Part shown: positions 17,727-28,056 of the stretch, one piece after another | Layout of the letters: every line of letters starts with the position of its first letter | Numbering within the stretch: the first letter of the stretch is position 1 | NCBI GenBank assembly: GCA_001818155.1 | Contig: MHJU01000005.1 | Span: 11,805-75,804 of the forward strand | DNA: 64,000 nucleotides | Direction of reading: 5' to 3' | DNA from: Candidatus Jacksonbacteria bacterium RIFCSPLOWO2_02_FULL_44_20 | Lineage (GTDB): Bacteria; Patescibacteriota; Patescibacteriia; UBA9629 | Made by a program: the position numbers and the translations under genes | The notes under the pieces: model-generated | What the model was told of the DNA's origin: nothing | Databases searched by the model: none | What the model saw: only the letters and a program-made list of their open reading frames with translations

Positions 17727-19262
17727 ATGAAAAAATATCAAATAACCATAAGCATACTTGCCGCGTTTTTCGTTTTAATCCCGAATTTTTCATTTGCCGC
17801 GGCCGCAATTCCAGTTATTGACGCCTCGCTTTACAATCAACTGAAGGGGCTCATTATTTTGAAAGTGGAAGCAAAAGGCGAGGCCTATTACATGCATCCG
17901 CGAACCAAATCCATGTATTATCTTGGACGTCCGGACGACGCTTATGCGGTGATGCGCGATCAAGGAATCGGCATAACAAACGCAAATTTAGCAAGGATTC
18001 CGGTTGGCGCAGGTCCGAATACTCTCAAAGGCGCCATTGATCTTAATTTTACCGCAAAACAGCTCGGTGTTATTTTCCTTCAAGTTGAAGCCAAGGGCGA
18101 AGCGTGGTACGTGTATCCCAAAGACAAAAAGCGCTACTATCTCGGACGCCCGAATGACGCTTACAATGTAATGCGCACTCTCGGACTCGGCGTTTCAAAC
18201 AGCAATTTCGCGCGTTTAACTGGAACAACAGCAGAAAAGAATCCTCTTCCCTATATGGTCGGATATAGAACATACACTTTTACGATTAGCGACTCCAAAT
18301 ATGGTCAGACGCAAATTCCGGTCTCATTCTGGTACCCGACTGATGCCAAACCTGGAACCTTTGTGTATAAAACAGTTGGCGGTGATCTAAAACCATGGAC
18401 ATACACAAGCAGTGTTGCAGTTTCAGCGTCAATAAAACAAGACACACGACCATATCCACTGGCGCTCTTTTTCCATGGAGCGCAAACGTGCGGGACGCAA
18501 TCGGTCTTCTTTGCTGAACATCTTGCATCACAAGGATTTATTGTTGCGGCGCCAGATTTTCCTGATGATGCGCCGCAATGTAGCAGTATTGGCAAAAAAC
18601 CGGCTCCATATTTTGTCTTCCTGCAGTCATTGCAAGCGCTCTTAAAAATTGATGAAATTGGAATGATTGATCTATTGCGTAAAAACTACCGCGTTCCAGG
18701 TGCAACAAAAATACTTGATGCGATTCTTGCGTTGCATGATTCCAAAGATTCTTTTCTCTGGAACACGATTGACAAAAACAAAATTGCCGCGTCCGGGCAC
18801 TCGTATGGCGGTGAAACCTCGCTTGGGCTTTTAGGCGCGCACCCTGACAAAACTTTTAAAGATAGCCGCTTTAAGGTTGCTGTACTTTTCTCTGCGCCGG
18901 TGTTTCCATACAGCGAAAATAATATAGCCACAGTTACTGTTCCGATTATGCTTATTCAAGGTGATGATAACGATGACCTAGACCAATATGGCAATGCTCG
19001 CAAAGACATATATGCAAACGCGAGCGGCCCAAAGTATTTTCTTAAACTGGGCAATGGCGCGAGCCACGGCACTTTCTTTAATGGCGTGTGCACTCCCTAC
19101 AGCACGATCCAAGAATGTCAGAAGCAAGATCAATTTGTTCAGGTGATAAACACCTACGCAACCGCTTTCTTGAATAAATATCTGAACTTTGACGCTAAAG
19201 CCGATGCGGCGCTTAATGAGACCGCATCTCTTCTTAAAGTATACGAAAAGAACGCGCCATGA
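17727..19262 (+). CDS. secreted alpha/beta-hydrolase (esterase/lipase-like) with a tandem N-terminal ~60-aa repeat domain
   Basis: Signal peptide. Two copies of the ...VEAKGEAWY..P....YYLGRP.DAY.VMR..G.G..N.N.AR. module. C-terminal domain has the GHSYGG nucleophile elbow and dienelactone-hydrolase-like layout. Confidence 0.7.
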   Translation: MKKYQITISILAAFFVLIPNFSFAAAAIPVIDASLYNQLKGLIILKVEAKGEAYYMHPRTKSMYYLGRPDDAYAVMRDQGIGITNANLARIPVGAGPNTLKGAIDLNFTAKQLGVIFLQVEAKGEAWYVYPKDKKRYYLGRPNDAYNVMRTLGLGVSNSNFARLTGTTAEKNPLPYMVGYRTYTFTISDSKYGQTQIPVSFWYPTDAKPGTFVYKTVGGDLKPWTYTSSVAVSASIKQDTRPYPLALFFHGAQTCGTQSVFFAEHLASQGFIVAAPDFPDDAPQCSSIGKKPAPYFVFLQSLQALLKIDEIGMIDLLRKNYRVPGATKILDAILALHDSKDSFLWNTIDKNKIAASGHSYGGETSLGLLGAHPDKTFKDSRFKVAVLFSAPVFPYSENNIATVTVPIMLIQGDDNDDLDQYGNARKDIYANASGPKYFLKLGNGASHGTFFNGVCTPYSTIQECQKQDQFVQVINTYATAFLNKYLNFDAKADAALNETASLLKVYEKNAP

Positions 19263-19271
19263 ACTTCATTT

Positions 19272-19985
19272 TTATAATCCAAAACGTTCAGCAATAAGCG
19301 TCCTCACGATCGGAAAAATGTGGAACCATTTGATTTTTTTTCCTGATGATTTTTTGCGCGCCGTGTAGGAAATCGGAAGCTCTGCGATTGAAACGCCGCG
19401 TTTGCGCAGTTTTGCTGTAACTTCGGCGCAAAATTCAAAACCGTATGAAGCGAGCGCTAAATTTTTCAAAAGTTCCGTTTTTACTAATTTGTAGCAGGTA
19501 TTTTGATCTGTGAGCCGCGCGCCGTAGAGGAAATTCGCGAGCATAGTGATTCCCATGTTTGCAAACCAGTTCATAATTCCCATATTTTTTGGAAATGGTT
19601 TTGCGAGGAAACGGCTTCCGTACACCGCATCTGTTTCATTTTCTTGAGCTTTATCAAGAAGCCGCAGAATATCAGCCGGATCGTATTCTAAATCAGCATC
19701 CTGAATAATAGTGTATCCGCCTTTAGCTTGCGCGAGTCCGGCTTGAATCGCCTTTGATTTTCCCGCATTTATCGCAAGCGGAATAAATATAAGAGAAATT
19801 TCTGGATATTTTTTTTGACACGCGAGCACTTTCACTTTGGTCTCGTCAGTTGATCCGTCGTCAACAACGATTATTTCTGCGTCTTTAAAAAGCAACGCCG
19901 CGATTCTGTCAATGATAACGGCGATCGTGTTTTCTTCGTTGAAAGCCGGAATGATTATAGAAAGTTTTTTATCTGACTCTCTCAT
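19272..19985 (-). CDS. GT2 polyprenyl-phosphate sugar synthase (DPM1/ArnC/GtrB-like)
   Basis: LSIIIPAFNEE ... VVDDGSTDET ... DADLEYDP, short soluble GT2 typical of lipid-phosphate sugar synthases. Confidence 0.8.
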   Translation of the reverse strand: MRESDKKLSIIIPAFNEENTIAVIIDRIAALLFKDAEIIVVDDGSTDETKVKVLACQKKYPEISLIFIPLAINAGKSKAIQAGLAQAKGGYTIIQDADLEYDPADILRLLDKAQENETDAVYGSRFLAKPFPKNMGIMNWFANMGITMLANFLYGARLTDQNTCYKLVKTELLKNLALASYGFEFCAEVTAKLRKRGVSIAELPISYTARKKSSGKKIKWFHIFPIVRTLIAERFGL

Positions 19986-21444
19986 AAAGCGTTTTTCCGC
20001 TTATTGCTATGCCTATAAAAATAATAACAAGGTAAAGTATTTTGTATTCCACGGAGACCCACATATACGGAATTTGTTTTGACAAATACCATAGGTCAGG
20101 CGTGTAAAAAATTTCTTTTGGCGTTATCTCTCCACCGATGAGCACAACATCTCGCCCATTTGTAAAAAGCGCGCGCATCCAGCTTTCAATTTTATAAGTA
20201 AATACAGGTAGCGTGAAGCCCATGAGATGATAGAGATACGCTTTGAGAAAAAACCAATGCACATTAACTTGAGACAGAGACGGCATATATTGCATTAATG
20301 GAAGCGCATCCAGTTTAATCTCGCGGAGGTAAAATAGGTATTTGCCTGTACTATACAGACTCCCTAGAATTTGAACAAAGATACTGGCTAGTATAATTCC
20401 TGCGTTCGCGATTTTTATCCACAGTCGCATTTTTGGAATTTCGCGCCATACGTATCCTGCGGGAATAAGCGCGAGCGGCACAATCAACAAAAGTTTTCGC
20501 GGACCCCAGATTTCATCGGTCCAAAATCGGAACGGAGCTTGAAAGAGAATAAAGATGAAAATTCCGGCGATTGCGGAAGAACACAACGCGCGTTCTTTTT
20601 TCCAGAATGTTAAAATTCCTGGAATAGCGAGAACGAGCACCGGATTGAAAAGGAAGATGCTTTTGCCGGCGGAAAATAGAAATCCGTGCAATCCGGCAAC
20701 AATTGAATCGTATTGAAACTCCCATGAGAGATTATACCTGCCTCTCAAAAAGTTTCCAAAGATCGCGTAGTTCCACAAGAAATGCGCGCCAATGCCGACG
20801 CAAAGAGTTAAGGCGCATAGAGTTATCGCCTTTTTATCTTTTATAATCCGTCGGGAATTAACAAGATACAGCGCAATCGGGAGAGCAAAAAGAATACTGT
20901 ACGATTTTATGAGCACTGCGCCGGCAAGAGCAATCCCGCAAAGGATAAGAAATTTCGCGTTGCTTTTTTTGTGATAATAAACAAGAAAACAATATGAGAC
21001 TATGAGGAGTAGAGTTACTTCATGCTCCATGCCGATAAACGAGTACGGAAAAATCATGGTTCCTGTAAGAAGAAGAATGCTTTGAATGATTGCAATGCGG
21101 CGATTTTCAAAAAGCAGATCGTTTAATACGTAGAATACAACAGGAATAAGCGCGCTATAGAACACAACCGAGATGGGCCCCATAAAATCCCTTATGGTTT
21201 CGAATCCCAAACGGTTTGCGGCTTCATATAGAAGCGCGAATGGTATTGAAAGAAAAACGCCGATAGCGCCGATTCTCGCATCGATATTTCCTCCAAAAAG
21301 AAGCGCGCGCGCGGCAAAAAAGGTTTCCTTTTCATAACCTTCAAATCTTCCGCGGAAAAAGATCATGAGGAAAAAAAAGGAGAACGCGAATAAGGAGATA
21401 ACTGTAGAACGAGTTTTAGAAGTCGTTATCATTTTGTTTCGCAA
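19969..21444 (-). CDS. polytopic membrane glycosyltransferase, ArnT/PMT-like (GT39/GT83-type)
   Basis: 491 aa with more than 10 TM helices. Sits between a DPM1-like GT2 and a GtrA-like flippase (classic three-gene arrangement). Confidence 0.55.
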   Translation of the reverse strand: MRNKMITTSKTRSTVISLFAFSFFFLMIFFRGRFEGYEKETFFAARALLFGGNIDARIGAIGVFLSIPFALLYEAANRLGFETIRDFMGPISVVFYSALIPVVFYVLNDLLFENRRIAIIQSILLLTGTMIFPYSFIGMEHEVTLLLIVSYCFLVYYHKKSNAKFLILCGIALAGAVLIKSYSILFALPIALYLVNSRRIIKDKKAITLCALTLCVGIGAHFLWNYAIFGNFLRGRYNLSWEFQYDSIVAGLHGFLFSAGKSIFLFNPVLVLAIPGILTFWKKERALCSSAIAGIFIFILFQAPFRFWTDEIWGPRKLLLIVPLALIPAGYVWREIPKMRLWIKIANAGIILASIFVQILGSLYSTGKYLFYLREIKLDALPLMQYMPSLSQVNVHWFFLKAYLYHLMGFTLPVFTYKIESWMRALFTNGRDVVLIGGEITPKEIFYTPDLWYLSKQIPYMWVSVEYKILYLVIIFIGIAISGKTLYERVR

Positions 21445-21838
21445 AAATTATCCGCTTATTTATTGAATAATTCCAAACAAGCGCCGCCCCGGTTGCGATT
21501 ATTTTACCAAACACGTACCAGATCCCGATTATGCGCGCCATCAAAAAAAGAACCGCGTTGTTGATTGCAACTCCAATAAGCGAGCAAGCTATAAAGAGAA
21601 CGAACTGACGGAAAACATCAGGATAAGTATTTTGAAAGGTAATGCGGCGGTTCAGGTAAAAACTGTTAAAAGCCGCAACTGAAAATGAAAGCGTATTTGC
21701 CGCCAAAAGGGGAAATCCTATAATTTCAATGCTCATGATGAGTATTGAAAAATCAATTCCGGCGCTTACGCTCCCGATCAGGCAGTACCTGATAAACGTT
21801 GGATAGCGTTTTAGAAGTCGTGTAAGTGCATGAATCAT
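21416..21838 (-). CDS. GtrA-family membrane protein (lipid-linked sugar flippase-like)
   Basis: 140 aa, 4 TM helices, RYCLIGSVSAGIDFS ... NRRITF ... WNYSINKRIIF typical of GtrA. Confidence 0.8.
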   Translation of the reverse strand: MIHALTRLLKRYPTFIRYCLIGSVSAGIDFSILIMSIEIIGFPLLAANTLSFSVAAFNSFYLNRRITFQNTYPDVFRQFVLFIACSLIGVAINNAVLFLMARIIGIWYVFGKIIATGAALVWNYSINKRIIFAKQNDNDF

Positions 21839-22299
21839 CAGCGAATATCTTGGACAGTAAATTCTATTTTGCCGGCAGGTATGACAACTTTAATAATATC
21901 GCCTTTTTTCGCTCCGAGAAACGCGGCGCCGATCGGAGAGTGGGCAGAAATTTTTCCATGTTTCGGATCCGCTTCGCTCATGCCGACAATTTCGTATTCT
22001 ATAATTTCTCCTTGGTTTGATCGTGCCGTAAGCCGCGATCCGATTGAGATTCGTGTCTTTGAACCGGTCGGCTGAACCACAGTTGCGCTTTTGAGCAGTG
22101 ACTCAATTTCCAGGATACGTGATTCAATCAGCCCCTGTTCTTCTTTTGCGGCGTGATATTCAGCGTTTTCAGAGAGATCGCCAAGTTCTTTTGCGTCTTT
22201 AATTTTTTGCGCAACAAGCACGCGCCTATTTTTCAACAAGGTAAGCTCTTCTTCCAGTTTTTGCTTCCCTGTTGGTGTAATAAATTTATTGTTGTCCAT
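21838..22299 (-). CDS. greA: transcription elongation factor GreA
   Basis: N-terminal coiled coil with GDLSENAEYHAAKEEQ, C-terminal FKBP-like domain. Confidence 0.9.
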   Translation of the reverse strand: MDNNKFITPTGKQKLEEELTLLKNRRVLVAQKIKDAKELGDLSENAEYHAAKEEQGLIESRILEIESLLKSATVVQPTGSKTRISIGSRLTARSNQGEIIEYEIVGMSEADPKHGKISAHSPIGAAFLGAKKGDIIKVVIPAGKIEFTVQDIR

Positions 22300-22357
22300 G
22301 AGAGTTGAGAATTAAGAATTTAAGAAGTAAGGACTAAGAACCTATTTTCAAGCGATT

Positions 22358-24205
22358 CTAATTTCTAACTTCCAACTTCTTGCTTCTCGTAAAGTACCAA
22401 TTAAAAAAGTCGCGGGCAATAGGCGCCGCGGCCTCTGATCCTCCGCTTTCTTCCATTAGAACCGTAATCACAATTTCCGGATTATTAAATGGGGCAAACC
22501 CAGTAAACCATCCATGCGGTTTTTTGTCTTTTGAAAATTCCGCGGTGCCTGTTTTGCCAGCAGGCTCTATTCCAGGTATTTCAAGCGAGCGAGCGCTTCC
22601 ATACCGCACTGTATCGCGCAATCCTTCGCGAATAACGTCAACATTGTGAGTGGAAATAAAATTTTTGTCAATAATTACTCTTTCTTTTTTCACTATATGC
22701 GGCCGATATAATACGCCGCCGTTTGCAAAGAAGATTGTATAAAGTGCGATCTGTAATGGAGTCGCAAGAATATCTCCCTGCCCGATACTCGCATGATAGG
22801 TGTCTCCAAGATACCAGCGTTCGTTTTTGGCGGCAAATTTCCACTCTTTTGTCGGAAGAAATCCTCTCCCCTCCCCTGTCAGATCAACTCCTGTTTTGAC
22901 TCCCAGGTTAAATTTCTTGGCGTATGAGACTATGCGATCTATGCCTAAACCTTCGCGATTTGGAACTCCACCTCCGATTGTATAAAAGTATGTATTCACT
23001 GACCATGCAATCGCTCGTCTGATGTCTGTCGTTCCATGGCCCCCGGGGAGCCAGTCCGGAAAGAACCACTCGCCAACTCTAATGCCTCCGGTTGAAAGAA
23101 CGCTGAAACGTTCATCTGTTACTCCTTCTTCAAGCGCCGCGGATCCGACAATAATCTTAAACGTTGAGCCAGGCGGATACTCGCCGGCGATTGCGCGATT
23201 AAACAACGGGCTGTTTTCATCAGAAATTATCTGTTGAAATTTTTCTTGACTGAAGCTAGTTGTGAATAAATTATTATCAAACGCCGGCAGTGAAATTAAC
23301 GCAAGAATCTCCCCGTTTCTAGGATCCATCGCAATCCCAGCCGCGCGTTTTACGCCGCGTTTTTGCATCTCCTCCTCTATGCGCGCAGTTAACATCTCTT
23401 GGAGGCTAAGGTCAATTGAGAGCAATATATCTTCCCCCTTCTTCGGATCCGTTTCTGAAATAATCCGATCTTCTTTACCAAACGCGTTTACCTGCACTTC
23501 GCGCGTTCCTTTTACGCCGCGCAGTTCTTTTTCGTACCATGCCTCTACTCCGTTTTGCCCGCGCGCGTCTGAAAAAGAGTAAAACGAATCGCGCGTCATG
23601 TCTTCTTTTTTTACCGCGCTTGTATATCCTATTATGTGGGCTAAAAGATTTTTGTATGGATATTCGCGGTTAAAGGATTCTTGTAAAAAAACTCCTGGCC
23701 ATTCGGCGATGACCGGGACGAGTTTTATGCCCTCTTCATAAGAGAGATTTTTTTTTAAGACGATTGGCACGTACGAATATGAAGCAAGACGTTTTGCGCC
23801 TTCTGTGAGATCATCAGTTTTTCCAAAGCGTTCTTCCAGTTTTGCGATAATTGTTTCAATCGGAAAATTGTTTGCGTAAATATCAAAAGGCGTTGCAAGG
23901 AGTGTGAACTCCGGCGCATTCACCACAAGCGGAGTGCCATCGCTTGCGTAAATGATGCCGCGTGGAGGAATTTTTTCCTTTACGCGAATGCGATTTTGTT
24001 CTGCAAGTTCTCTGTAAGTCTCGCCATGAATTATCTCTAAAAAACTTAATGTTGCCAATAACGCAAGAAGAGCGCACCATATTCCGGCGTGCATAATGCG
24101 GATACGCATATTATCATACGGTTTATGCAGAGTATCAAGCGGGGAGAGCGACGGAGAATATTCTGTCCCTTCATACGCCCTTTTATTAAAATTTCTGATT
24201 TTCAT
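22358..24205 (-). CDS. mrdA: penicillin-binding protein 2 (peptidoglycan transpeptidase)
   Basis: N-terminal TM segment, STFK active-site serine motif (GSTFKII), SVN and KTGTAE motifs. Adjacent to mreD. Confidence 0.85.
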   Translation of the reverse strand: MKIRNFNKRAYEGTEYSPSLSPLDTLHKPYDNMRIRIMHAGIWCALLALLATLSFLEIIHGETYRELAEQNRIRVKEKIPPRGIIYASDGTPLVVNAPEFTLLATPFDIYANNFPIETIIAKLEERFGKTDDLTEGAKRLASYSYVPIVLKKNLSYEEGIKLVPVIAEWPGVFLQESFNREYPYKNLLAHIIGYTSAVKKEDMTRDSFYSFSDARGQNGVEAWYEKELRGVKGTREVQVNAFGKEDRIISETDPKKGEDILLSIDLSLQEMLTARIEEEMQKRGVKRAAGIAMDPRNGEILALISLPAFDNNLFTTSFSQEKFQQIISDENSPLFNRAIAGEYPPGSTFKIIVGSAALEEGVTDERFSVLSTGGIRVGEWFFPDWLPGGHGTTDIRRAIAWSVNTYFYTIGGGVPNREGLGIDRIVSYAKKFNLGVKTGVDLTGEGRGFLPTKEWKFAAKNERWYLGDTYHASIGQGDILATPLQIALYTIFFANGGVLYRPHIVKKERVIIDKNFISTHNVDVIREGLRDTVRYGSARSLEIPGIEPAGKTGTAEFSKDKKPHGWFTGFAPFNNPEIVITVLMEESGGSEAAAPIARDFFNWYFTRSKKLEVRN

Positions 24206-24690
24206 AAAAAACGTTTATCAATTTCTTTATGAATTTTTTCTATAATAAAATACCCGGATACCGCAAGCGCGCTGTTTATTGTAATTCCAAACAGAATTTC
24301 AAACACTGCTTCATAATTTATACTCCACTTCAAAAGCATCTGCGAGATGATTACAGTAGTAAAGAAGAGAATACCGCTTATAAGAATAGTTATTTTATTT
24401 TCGTCGGTGATAATCGCGCCGCGGACGAATGCGAGAATAAGAAGCGCAATGAGATAGATAACGGTTTGCAACCCCAGATATTGCAAAGCAGAATAATCTT
24501 CCAGTCCTCCTAAAATAATAGAGGCGATGCATGCGTGTTCCAGAGAAAATTCAAGGAATATAAGCAGGATCGCAATCTGTATGATCTCAATCGCATTAAA
24601 CGGCTGAATCAGCCCGGAGAAAAAAATATCAAAAAGAAGAAGCGTCGTGATAGCAGACAATATAATAATAGCGTCGCGGATGCGATTCAT
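24202..24690 (-). CDS. mreD: rod shape-determining protein MreD (by position and topology)
   Basis: 162-aa polytopic membrane protein between mreC and PBP2. Confidence 0.55.
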   Translation of the reverse strand: MNRIRDAIIILSAITTLLLFDIFFSGLIQPFNAIEIIQIAILLIFLEFSLEHACIASIILGGLEDYSALQYLGLQTVIYLIALLILAFVRGAIITDENKITILISGILFFTTVIISQMLLKWSINYEAVFEILFGITINSALAVSGYFIIEKIHKEIDKRFL

Positions 24691-25487
24691 GAGTGTGTGA
24701 TTACAGACGCGGTGATAAAGTTTTCTATTGAGTACGGCGGGACGATTGCCGCGGCATTGAAAATTTCATTGTCGCTCTCCTCAAGCGCGGATATGGAGCC
24801 GATGTAAAGCGACGATGGGATTCCTTCTTCCAAACCGTTTGTGTAAACGCGCATGCCTTCTGACAAAGGGATATTTTTCGGGATCAAGTCTAATTTTATT
24901 GCTGTATTCTGGCTCCCGCTCGCAACGCCGGCAACAAAATTAGCGCCGTCTCCGACTGTTGCAAGAATCGCGCTTTTATTATCAGTAGTAAGCCGAACTC
25001 GCGCGACTTCATCGCTTACCTCTATTACTTTTCCGATGATTGTGCCGTTTAGAACAACAACCGCGTTTCCTTTTACAATGCCATCCTTCGCGCCATTGTC
25101 CAAAAGAATTGCCTGTTCCCCGTCTTTATTTGTTATATGAATTATGCGCGATGGGAGAATGGTGAATCGCGTTTCCGTTCCAAATTTTAAGATTGCCCGT
25201 AGCTCTTCATTTTCCTGTTTTATTTTTTGCAGAGCAAGAATTTCCGATGTTAATTCCAGCGTTTTTTTTTCCAGTCTGCGGACTTGCGTCAAAAGCGCGC
25301 GTTTTGAAGAAAGCGCAATGGAAAGTTCGGTATTTGTGTTTTGCGCCAAATTTATGGCCTGCGCCTGCAAAGGATTTAAGATCGCGCGCGTTGCTTTATC
25401 AAGCGTAGAGAGGAGTGAAAGATGATAGAGCGCTACAACGAGAGCAAACAGAAAAAATGCAATCGCAAATTTTTTAGTGAGAAACAT
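24687..25487 (-). CDS. mreC: rod shape-determining protein MreC
   Basis: N-terminal TM segment, coiled-coil region, beta-rich C-terminal domain. Downstream of mreB. Confidence 0.75.
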   Translation of the reverse strand: MFLTKKFAIAFFLFALVVALYHLSLLSTLDKATRAILNPLQAQAINLAQNTNTELSIALSSKRALLTQVRRLEKKTLELTSEILALQKIKQENEELRAILKFGTETRFTILPSRIIHITNKDGEQAILLDNGAKDGIVKGNAVVVLNGTIIGKVIEVSDEVARVRLTTDNKSAILATVGDGANFVAGVASGSQNTAIKLDLIPKNIPLSEGMRVYTNGLEEGIPSSLYIGSISALEESDNEIFNAAAIVPPYSIENFITASVITHS

Positions 25488-25494
25488 ATTATAA

Positions 25495-26535
25495 TTACAA
25501 CCCGGCAGACGGCAGTTTTACCTGTTTCAAAAGCGCGATGTCTTCAAGTAAAAGCCCGGTGCCGCGTACAACCGCCGTCAGCGGATCGTCAACAATATGC
25601 ACGGGCACGCGCGTGCGCTGTGAGATCATCGTATCTAGCCCGCGTAAAAGCGCGCCGCCTCCTGCAAGCATGATGCCGCGTTCATGGATGTCCGCGACAA
25701 GCTCCGGCGGCGTCGCTTCAATAGTGCTGATGATATTTTCAATCATTGTTGTTATCGTGGGAAGAATCGCTTCGCGCGCCTCTTCGTTTGTGATCGTAGT
25801 TTCAGTCGGTAGCCCGTCAAGAAGATTCCGCCCGCGAATTTTATATCCGAGCACTTCTTTTGCCGGCAAGACGGAGCCGATCTTAATTTTTATTTCTTCG
25901 GCAGTTTTTTCGCCGATCAGAATGTTAAAATTTTCCCGCACATAGCGCAATATATTCTCATTCAATTCATTGCCGGCAAGACGGAGCGATTTTTTAGAAA
26001 CGATTCCGCCAAGAGATATCACCGCAATTTCTGTTGTTCCTCCACCGATGTCAACAAGCATGAAGCCGGACGGTTCGTGGATGGGAATGCGCGAGCCTAT
26101 CGCGGCGGCAAGAGGCTCTTCAATAAGATACACTTCGCGCGCGCCCGCGGAAAGAGTCGCGTCTTCAACCGCTTTTCGTTCAACTTCCGTTACGTCCATA
26201 GGAATGCCGATCACAACCCGCGGACGCGGCGCAAATCCGCGCGTTTCCTTGTGCGTCTTTTGTATGAAATATCGCAACATTTTTTCCGTAACTTCAAAAT
26301 CAGATATCACTCCATCCTGAAGAGGCTTTATCGCGACGATGTGAGCCGGAGTTTTACCAACCATCTTTTTTGCCTCTTCGCCGACCGCGAGAATTTCCTC
26401 GGTGCGCGTGTTCAGCGCCACAACAGAAGGTTCATTTAAGACGATTCCCTTATCTTTCACAAATACAAGCGTATTTGCCGTGCCAAGGTCAATACCCATA
26501 TCTTTTGATAGGCGGCTGAAAAGTTTGGAGAACAT
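25495..26535 (-). CDS. mreB: rod shape-determining protein MreB (paralog 2)
   Basis: MFSKLFSRLSKDMGIDLGTANTLVFVKDKGIVLNEPSVVAL matches the MreB N-terminus. ORF track start 26556; probable start 26535. Confidence 0.9.
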   Translation of the reverse strand: MFSKLFSRLSKDMGIDLGTANTLVFVKDKGIVLNEPSVVALNTRTEEILAVGEEAKKMVGKTPAHIVAIKPLQDGVISDFEVTEKMLRYFIQKTHKETRGFAPRPRVVIGIPMDVTEVERKAVEDATLSAGAREVYLIEEPLAAAIGSRIPIHEPSGFMLVDIGGGTTEIAVISLGGIVSKKSLRLAGNELNENILRYVRENFNILIGEKTAEEIKIKIGSVLPAKEVLGYKIRGRNLLDGLPTETTITNEEAREAILPTITTMIENIISTIEATPPELVADIHERGIMLAGGGALLRGLDTMISQRTRVPVHIVDDPLTAVVRGTGLLLEDIALLKQVKLPSAGL

Positions 26536-26572
26536 AAATAAAAACTCAAAATGCAAATTTCAAAATTCAAAA

Positions 26573-28018
26573 CTATTTGCGCGGGAATAGCGTCACTGGT
26601 TCAATGATTTTTTTAGAAATGTCAATTTTTTTTTGTATCGTTTTTGTTGTTAACGGCAAAAAGGGGGCAATATCTTTAGCAATGGAAAGAATGCGAGAGA
26701 TTAAATATGCAAGATCAGCGGTAATTTTTTCCTGTTCTTTTTGTTTATCGTATTGCCATGGTTTTTCTTTTGCGAGGATTTCATCGCACAATCGCGCATC
26801 TTGGATTACACTCTGTATCATTTCGTATAACATGAAATTGTTTATCAATTCCTTTGCGTCTTGCTTTTCGCCTTTTATTTCCTGCTCCTCTTCAAGTTTC
26901 CAAAATTTTTGCCAATCTGTTATTTGTTTTACACACAAAGTCGTTACACGCGACACCAAATTTCCGATTCCGTTTGCCAGGTCCGCGTTGTATTTTTCAT
27001 CAAACTTACCTTCTTCAATATCTCCGTCAGAGCCGAATGGAAATTGCGAAAGTATTAGATAGCGCGCGCCGTCTCTCCCATAGCGATCGCAAAGATCATT
27101 TGGATCAATGACGTTGCCAAGCGTTTTGCTCATTTTCTGCCCGTTTACAGTAAAAAATCCATGCGCGAATATCGTTTTCGGAATCTTCTCCGCATCTCCA
27201 TCGTAGTATGCGAGGAGCATCGCAGGCCAGTAAATGCAGTGGAATTTAATAATGTCTTTGCCTATTATTTGCAAATCCGGCGGCCAAAACATTTGGCGTT
27301 TATGGACGGCTGTCCAGTAATTCAAGAGCGCCTCCACCCATACATACATCGTTTGAGCGTTGTCCCATGGAAGCGGTATCCCCCATCTTACGTTCGGGCG
27401 CGAGACAGAAAAATTTTCCATTCCTTGGCGAAAGAGCCCAAGCACTTCTTCAGTTCTCGCCTCCGGAAGCACGCTTATTGCGCCTTGTTCTATGATTGTT
27501 TGAATTTTTGGAAGATATTTGTCAAGTTTAAAAAACCAATTTTTTTCAACGATCCGCTCCGGTTTTCGCAAATGATCTTTACATAAGCCGTCCTCTCTCA
27601 ACTGTTTTTCAGTGATAAAACTCTCACATCCGTTACAGTAGAGCCCAGCATAGTCTCCTTCATAAAGCGCGCCTTTAACTTTTAATGCCCGCAAAAATTC
27701 TGCCGCGCCTTGTTCGTGATATTCATCGGTTGTGCGGATAAAGTGATTATGAGATATATTAAGTCTCTGCCATGTGCTTACAAAAAGCGTAGCTATTTCA
27801 TCGCAAAATAATTTTGGATTTTTTCCATCTCGCTCCGCGGCTTCGGCTATTTTTGCTCCGTGTTCGTCTGTGCCTGTCAAAAAAAATACGCGATCTTCTC
27901 CGATTTTTTGCCGATAGTATCTAGCTATTGCGTCCGCCGCAAGAGTTGTGTAAGCGTGTCCGATATGCGGCATGGCGTTGACGTAATAAATTGGAGTTGT
28001 GAGGTAAAATTTTGACAT
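26573..28018 (-). CDS. metG: methionine--tRNA ligase (short form)
   Basis: HIGH motif (PHIGHAYT), zinc knuckle CNGCESF, KMSKT motif. Probable start MSKFYL at 28018 (track 28027). Confidence 0.9.
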   Translation of the reverse strand: MSKFYLTTPIYYVNAMPHIGHAYTTLAADAIARYYRQKIGEDRVFFLTGTDEHGAKIAEAAERDGKNPKLFCDEIATLFVSTWQRLNISHNHFIRTTDEYHEQGAAEFLRALKVKGALYEGDYAGLYCNGCESFITEKQLREDGLCKDHLRKPERIVEKNWFFKLDKYLPKIQTIIEQGAISVLPEARTEEVLGLFRQGMENFSVSRPNVRWGIPLPWDNAQTMYVWVEALLNYWTAVHKRQMFWPPDLQIIGKDIIKFHCIYWPAMLLAYYDGDAEKIPKTIFAHGFFTVNGQKMSKTLGNVIDPNDLCDRYGRDGARYLILSQFPFGSDGDIEEGKFDEKYNADLANGIGNLVSRVTTLCVKQITDWQKFWKLEEEQEIKGEKQDAKELINNFMLYEMIQSVIQDARLCDEILAKEKPWQYDKQKEQEKITADLAYLISRILSIAKDIAPFLPLTTKTIQKKIDISKKIIEPVTLFPRK

Positions 28019-28056
28019 GAAGAACAAGTAAGGTGGTTTTGAAATCTACGCTGTCT

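Noticed and set aside
25538-26439. Plus-strand ORFs of 116-135 aa rich in Ser/Arg/Pro
   Set aside because: Antisense to mreB (paralog 2). Compositional artefact of a GC-richer coding region.
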